DNA of 64,000 nt from a bacterium. Its GTDB lineage: Bacteria > Ratteibacteria > UBA8468 > B48-G9 > JAFGKM01. This document shows, piece after piece, positions 59,575 through 64,000 of this stretch; positions within the stretch are counted from its first letter, which is position 1; the number at the start of each line of letters is the position of its first letter. A model generated the notes under the pieces. That model did not search any database. It saw only the letters and a program-made list of their open reading frames with translations, and had not been told where the DNA came from. The stretch is from positions 6,489 through 70,488 of the forward strand of contig JALNXB010000005.1 in NCBI GenBank assembly GCA_023230585.1. The letters run 5' to 3'. Position numbers and translations under genes: made by a program.

Positions 59575-61129
59575 ATAGGTCTCCCTTCCATAAACCTGTA
59601 TCGTCTAATTCAAGGTTTTCTGTGGCATAAAGAAATTTTAGATGAGAAATCAAGAAGTTAACAACTGAAGATGATAAAGCATTTTTTGCTTGAAGATACG
59701 ATTCTTCAGCTTCAAGCAAATCTCTTGTTGTAGCTCTACCGGCTTGCAGTAAAAGATTGGTACTCTCTATTCTTTTTTCTGCAAGGTTTAAACTATTCAA
59801 CTGTATAAGATAACTCTGATAAAACTCCTCAAGGTTATTATATTGTTGCGAAACTTCCAGAATAATATTGTTACGCATAGACTCAAAATCTCTTTCTTTC
59901 CTGTTAAGGTCAAGTAGTGCTCTCTTATATTTATTTCTTTCAGGAAGTTTATTTAGAGGCAAATTAAATGTTATTCTTGTATTATAGGTAGGATCTTTAA
60001 TATCTAAATCAGGGAAAGATTTTGTTTCTAATGAACTCTTAACCCCTAATCTTACATTAACCTCTGGTTTTAGTTCATCCAGAGCTATATTTATTCCTCT
60101 TTTAGCATCTTCCACCCTATCATAATAAGTTAGTAAATCTAATCTTTTCTGTAATGTTGTAGCAAGATACTCCGAAATTTTTATTTCAGGTTTATCTATA
60201 CCTACATTTATAAGGTGCTCAAGAAGTTGTCCATCCATAATTAGGTTGCTTTCAGCAGGTAAACCAAGAAATATTTTAAAACTATCAAGAGACGTTATAT
60301 AAGAATTATTCGCACGGACCCAGTTTTGGTATGCAGCAAACTCTGACTGTTTTGCTTGGTCAACCTGAAATGGTGGCAACCTACCTGCTTCAGAAAGGTT
60401 CTCAACCCTTTCTCTTGTTGCTTTTAAACTTTCGTAGTTATTATAAATATTTTCAGCACTATTTTTCTTAAGTAATAAAGATAGATACCTCTCAGTAGTA
60501 TCAACTGAAAAACTATTCTGATACCTTATAAAATTTCTTACCGAATATATAGCATCTCTTTCAGTTTGAACAAGATTTTCTTGGGCAATAGTTCGCCCTG
60601 CGCCTTTCAAGAGCGGCTGAAGTAAATTCAAAGATATTATTGTTGGTAGGTCGCTACTTTTATCACCTGTAAGATAATGCAAAAAATCTTTTGTCATATC
60701 AAAAGTAATCTGAGCTCCAGTTGCTAACCAACGAAATATATTTAGCCCAAGAGAACCAGAAACAGTTTCATCGTCTGCTTTATTCCATCCAACGTTTCCT
60801 GATATATTGTATCTAGTTCTAAAAAGGTACCGCTGGTATGTTAGGTTAAGAATATTTAGATAAACATCTTCCTGTTTTGACTTATAGTCTCTATTATTTT
60901 TTACAGCAAAAATAATAGCGTCCTTCATATTCACAAAAATTGTTTCACCAGAAGAGTCATCATCAAGTTTAACAAGTTCTTCAGGAACAAGTTCCTTAGA
61001 AATCTCTATCTTTTTTTCTTCAATAATACCGTATACCTCTTTATCAGCGTTTTTTTCAAGGTCTTTCAACGAACATCCAGAAAAAAATAAAAAAACAAAA
61101 ATAGCAGAGACCTTTATTATTCTTTTCAT
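59546..61129 (-). CDS. TolC-family outer membrane efflux protein (lipoprotein-type signal)
   Basis: Lipobox LFFSGC; two OEP repeats with coiled-coil segments; position upstream of the MFP and ABC genes. Confidence 0.7.
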   Translation of the reverse strand: MKRIIKVSAIFVFLFFSGCSLKDLEKNADKEVYGIIEEKKIEISKELVPEELVKLDDDSSGETIFVNMKDAIIFAVKNNRDYKSKQEDVYLNILNLTYQRYLFRTRYNISGNVGWNKADDETVSGSLGLNIFRWLATGAQITFDMTKDFLHYLTGDKSSDLPTIISLNLLQPLLKGAGRTIAQENLVQTERDAIYSVRNFIRYQNSFSVDTTERYLSLLLKKNSAENIYNNYESLKATRERVENLSEAGRLPPFQVDQAKQSEFAAYQNWVRANNSYITSLDSFKIFLGLPAESNLIMDGQLLEHLINVGIDKPEIKISEYLATTLQKRLDLLTYYDRVEDAKRGINIALDELKPEVNVRLGVKSSLETKSFPDLDIKDPTYNTRITFNLPLNKLPERNKYKRALLDLNRKERDFESMRNNIILEVSQQYNNLEEFYQSYLIQLNSLNLAEKRIESTNLLLQAGRATTRDLLEAEESYLQAKNALSSSVVNFLISHLKFLYATENLELDDTGLWKGDLYEKITKQNI

Positions 61130-61259
61130 TTTTACCCTATTATTGATTATTCTACCAAAAAATTTTACGTATAATAATTTGACAGGAATTTATTGATTTT
61201 AGTTTAGTCAACTCAATATTTGATTCCTTGTCACTGTTTCACAAAATTGTTGCAATATA

Positions 61260-62507
61260 CTATAAACCTATATCTTTACGAAAGTGGTTCCCTTCAAAAG
61301 ATATTGTCGAAACGACTTTATATGCTGATTCCCTCGCTTTATCAATAGTGTCATCAAGTGCTGTAACTCCCAAAACCCTTCCGCCAGAAGTTATCAATTT
61401 TCCATCCTTTACATCAGTACCAGCGTGAAACACAAAGGCGTTTTTCACCAAATTCAACCCAGTTATTATTCTACCTTTCTTATAGTCTCCAGGGTACCCT
61501 TCAGAAGCCATTATAACACATATGGAATCTTTTTTACTCCACTTTATGTCAACATCCGAAATTCTTTGATTTATAACCCCATCTATAACATCCATCAAAG
61601 AAGAGTCCATCCTTGGGAGAATTACCTGTGTTTCTGGATCTCCAAACCTAACATTATACTCTAACACATATAGGCCCTTTTCTGTTAACATAAGACCAAA
61701 ATATAATACTCCTCTATAGTCGATATTCTCTTGTTTTAGCCCTTCAATGGTTGGGATAACTAAACTATTTTTAATTTCTTCTTCAAGGGGTTCATTAATA
61801 AGGCTATCAGAAGAAAAACATCCCATTCCACCAGTATTAGGTCCTTGATTACCATCAAAGACCCGTTTATAGTCTCTTGCAGGCACCATAGGAGCATAAC
61901 CCTTTGTATCAGTAAAAATTAGATACGACAATTCAATACCTTTTAAATACTCTTCAATAATTACTTTACTGTTATCCTTTCCAAAAACTAAATCTTTATA
62001 TACTTTTTTAAGAAAATCGAGTGCACTCTCTAAATCCTCAGCAACTTTTACTCCTTTACCTGCAGCAAGCCCGTCGTATTTCAAAACTATGGGAAAGTTG
62101 CTTTTTTGCAGAACTTCATACCCCATATTATAATTATCGATTACCTGAAAATCAGAAGTTTTAATATTATATTTTTTCATAAAATTCTTCGCAAAAATTT
62201 TAGATGATTCTAGTTTAGCGCCTTCTTTATCAGGTCCAAAAATCTTTAACCCTTTTTCTCTGAACAAATCTGTTATACCGATAGCAAGAGGTGCTTCAGG
62301 ACCAACAATGGTATAATCTACTTTATTGTCCAATGCGAACCTTAAAAGAGCCTCTCGATTCCCTATATCCAAACTAACACATTCAGATAAACCCCTCATA
62401 CCTCCGTTACCTGGTATTGAGATAATATTGAGTGTCTTATCTTCATTTTTAAGTTTCCATGCAATAGTATGTTCTCTACCACCACCTCCAATAATGAGCA
62501 CAACCAT
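61260..62507 (-). CDS. purD: Phosphoribosylamine--glycine ligase
   Basis: MVVLIIGGGGREHTIAWKL N-terminus, ATP-grasp motifs; start at the internal ATG preceded by AGGAGG (the ORF opens at 62546). Confidence 0.9.
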   Translation of the reverse strand: MVVLIIGGGGREHTIAWKLKNEDKTLNIISIPGNGGMRGLSECVSLDIGNREALLRFALDNKVDYTIVGPEAPLAIGITDLFREKGLKIFGPDKEGAKLESSKIFAKNFMKKYNIKTSDFQVIDNYNMGYEVLQKSNFPIVLKYDGLAAGKGVKVAEDLESALDFLKKVYKDLVFGKDNSKVIIEEYLKGIELSYLIFTDTKGYAPMVPARDYKRVFDGNQGPNTGGMGCFSSDSLINEPLEEEIKNSLVIPTIEGLKQENIDYRGVLYFGLMLTEKGLYVLEYNVRFGDPETQVILPRMDSSLMDVIDGVINQRISDVDIKWSKKDSICVIMASEGYPGDYKKGRIITGLNLVKNAFVFHAGTDVKDGKLITSGGRVLGVTALDDTIDKARESAYKVVSTISFEGNHFRKDIGL

Positions 62508-62559
62508 AATACCTCCTAAAATATAAAATTTCTTCAAATTTAGCAACCGACGTTATTTG

Positions 62560-62930
62560 CTTGTCTTACGAGGAGCGTCTTAGCCCGAATGCTTTCTGAG
62601 GGATTGCGACGTGGTAATCCTCGTCTTTATCCTATACACTATTGTCCCCACCCTCATTCCTTTTCCGCCTACGGCGAGATTGCCACGTTACGAAGCCCCT
62701 CCTACGCCAAGGTATACCTGCCGAAGCTTGTATTTTAGCGTAGGTTGGCTACGGCGGGTAAAACTCGCAAGACTAACTACAAAAGACGGAATGGGGGTAA
62801 CGTAAAAAAACAAAAGCATAAAGCCCCCTCACCCTTGATCCCTCTCCCTCAAGGGGAGAAGGCAAAAAAAAGGGAAGGTGTATGCGCCGTAGTCCCAGAG
62901 TGAGTAAATAACACCCCATACGCCTTTCTT
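62560..62930. repeat. GC-rich composite intergenic repeat element, copy D (most complete: M4, M1, M2, M3 plus flanking inverted repeats)
   Basis: 62628-62687 is M4; 62701-62748 is M1 (with a cctacgc...gcgtagg stem); 62764-62797 is M2; 62824-62871 is M3. Internal inverted repeat acgagga(62570)...tcctcgt(62618); ctacggcg appears at 62669 and 62749 and as cgccgtag at 62886. Confidence 0.8.
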
Positions 62931-62974
62931 TTATGTTTTTATCCTTGCCTTTGTTTTTTCTTCCAGTAAAATAC

Positions 62975-63736
62975 TTAAATATTCAATTGATTAATATCTA
63001 CGATATTTGTAAATCTTAGTACAAGAAGAACAAGACTTGCAAAAAAGTTGTTAAAAAAATGTACCCCAATTGAGACCCATAAATTATTATACTTTTCAAA
63101 CAAGAAGGCAAGCACCATTCCTAAAAAAAATAGAGCAGGAAAGTATGAAAACTCAAAGTGAAGTGATGCAAAAACAGCTGAACTTATAAATATTGATTGT
63201 GTTACAGAGAACTTCCGTTTTAAAGCTTTATATACAACGCCTCTATAAATAATTTCTTCCGCAATTGGTGCAATAAAAACACTTACAATAAAAAAGAGTA
63301 TAAGAGAAATATTCGAGTCTAATTGTAGAGAAAGCAATACCACATCTTGCAATTTAGGGGATATGCCTACAGATTTCAGAAAAGAATGGGTGCTTAATGT
63401 AATTAGAATTAAAAAGGGGATTAGTAGTAAATAAAAAAGAAATCCTTTAAAAAAATTTTCGACTGGCTTTTTCAATATTGAAAAAAAATATTTCTTAAAC
63501 CTAAACAAGATTGATGCAATTAAAAAAAAATTTAGGTATGCTGTAAACAACAGAGAGAGGATAAAACTGTTACTTTGAGCATCTTGTGAAAAGTTAAAAA
63601 TTTCTCCCAAAGCAACACGAGATAATATAACAAATTCTATTAAGATTGCACATATTATAAAAAATATTACCTTCGCATCTGGAAGTTCTTCCTTATAAAA
63701 TATTTGGTTTATCTCCATCCGGGTTAAAACATCCAC
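62975..63736 (-). CDS. CPBP family intramembrane glutamic endopeptidase (CAAX protease / Abi)
   Basis: Motif 1 APIAEEIIYRG, motif 2 FxxxH (SAVFASLHF), motif 3 H (GVHFFNN), multiple TM segments. Confidence 0.7.
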   Translation of the reverse strand: MDVLTRMEINQIFYKEELPDAKVIFFIICAILIEFVILSRVALGEIFNFSQDAQSNSFILSLLFTAYLNFFLIASILFRFKKYFFSILKKPVENFFKGFLFYLLLIPFLILITLSTHSFLKSVGISPKLQDVVLLSLQLDSNISLILFFIVSVFIAPIAEEIIYRGVVYKALKRKFSVTQSIFISSAVFASLHFEFSYFPALFFLGMVLAFLFEKYNNLWVSIGVHFFNNFFASLVLLVLRFTNIVDINQLNI

Positions 63737-63747
63737 GTTGGTATATC

Positions 63748-63957
63748 TTAGGGTGTAACATCTTCTACATCTTTAATCTCTTCTACATCTTCAATATCTT
63801 CAAATTCGTCAAGTATGGGTGTTGCCTCAGTTTCTTCTTCTAAATTAAGTTTTTCTTTCATTGCTAAGTCAGAAAACTCTTCATCTCTTATTGTTTTTCC
63901 AGAAGAAACAAATATTGAAAAAAGAGTATGAGCACTCTCTGATAGTTCGTTTACCAA
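63748..63957 (-). CDS. Hypothetical small acidic protein (Glu/Asp-rich C-terminus)
   Basis: The ORF ends in ILDEFEDIEDVEEIKDVEDVTP, encoded by a short imperfect codon repeat; close to the window edge, weak. Confidence 0.25.
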   Translation of the reverse strand: MVNELSESAHTLFSIFVSSGKTIRDEEFSDLAMKEKLNLEEETEATPILDEFEDIEDVEEIKDVEDVTP

Positions 63958-64000
63958 TTTGTAGATGTTATCCTCTTTATCATATCTATCTAAAAGTTTG

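Noticed and set aside
63741-63800. Short imperfect tandem repeat (tcttctacatcttcaat-like) near the window end
   Set aside because: It encodes the acidic (EDV/EEI) low-complexity tail of a small ORF on the minus strand. A codon-level repeat, not a regulatory or CRISPR-like repeat.
1-64000. CRISPR arrays, transposases, integrases, restriction-modification or toxin-antitoxin modules
   Set aside because: No direct-repeat/spacer periodicity and no ORF with recognisable transposase, integrase, Cas, REase or MTase motifs was found. The only repeats are the mosaic intergenic elements described above.

Overview
AT-rich bacterial chromosomal segment, about one-third GC by eye and densely coded, mostly on the minus strand. 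The clustered prepilin-type H-X9-DG (DUF1559) paralogs, together with PilD and PilT, suggest a PVC-superphylum-like organism (Planctomycetota/Verrucomicrobiota/Omnitrophota type); this is inference only. Housekeeping genes recognised directly from the translated ORFs: pcm, recG, pilD, a glycerophosphodiester phosphodiesterase, a complete Tol-Pal cluster (tolQ-tolR-tolA-tolB-pal plus a LysM coiled-coil lipoprotein), ridA, pilT, class I fumarate hydratase alpha/beta, rdgB, rph, an LptD-like protein, serS, ftsB, eno, a TolC-MacA-MacB efflux operon, purD and a CPBP protease. Four tRNAs were found by hand-folding: Pro-UGG, Lys-UUU, Glu-UUC and Met-CAU. Three of them are preceded by near-consensus sigma70 promoters. 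Sugar-modifying and glycan-processing enzymes are also present: a DegT aminotransferase, MDR dehydrogenases, Gfo/Idh/MocA oxidoreductases, a xylose-isomerase-like TIM barrel protein, an L-fucose isomerase-like protein, a 1385-aa secreted beta-helix protein and an 869-aa alpha-toroid-like protein. The most unusual observations are these. (1) A family of GC-rich, mosaic, hairpin-containing intergenic repeat elements occurs four times, each in the leader of a minus-strand gene. (2) A tandem array of four H-X9-DG prepilin-like paralogs contains one copy split by a 5-bp tandem duplication inside a (TGGTG)3 tract; removing one pentamer restores a full-length protein, so this is either a pseudogene or a slipped-strand on/off switch. 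(3) In the Tol-Pal cluster the CpoB position is occupied by a lipoprotein that pairs a coiled coil with a LysM domain instead of TPRs. (4) A translationally coupled operon encodes two exported proteins of unknown function behind a YbgC-like thioesterase. (5) A clear bacterial deoxyhypusine-synthase homolog is present. No CRISPR array, transposase, integrase or recognisable defence-system protein was seen.
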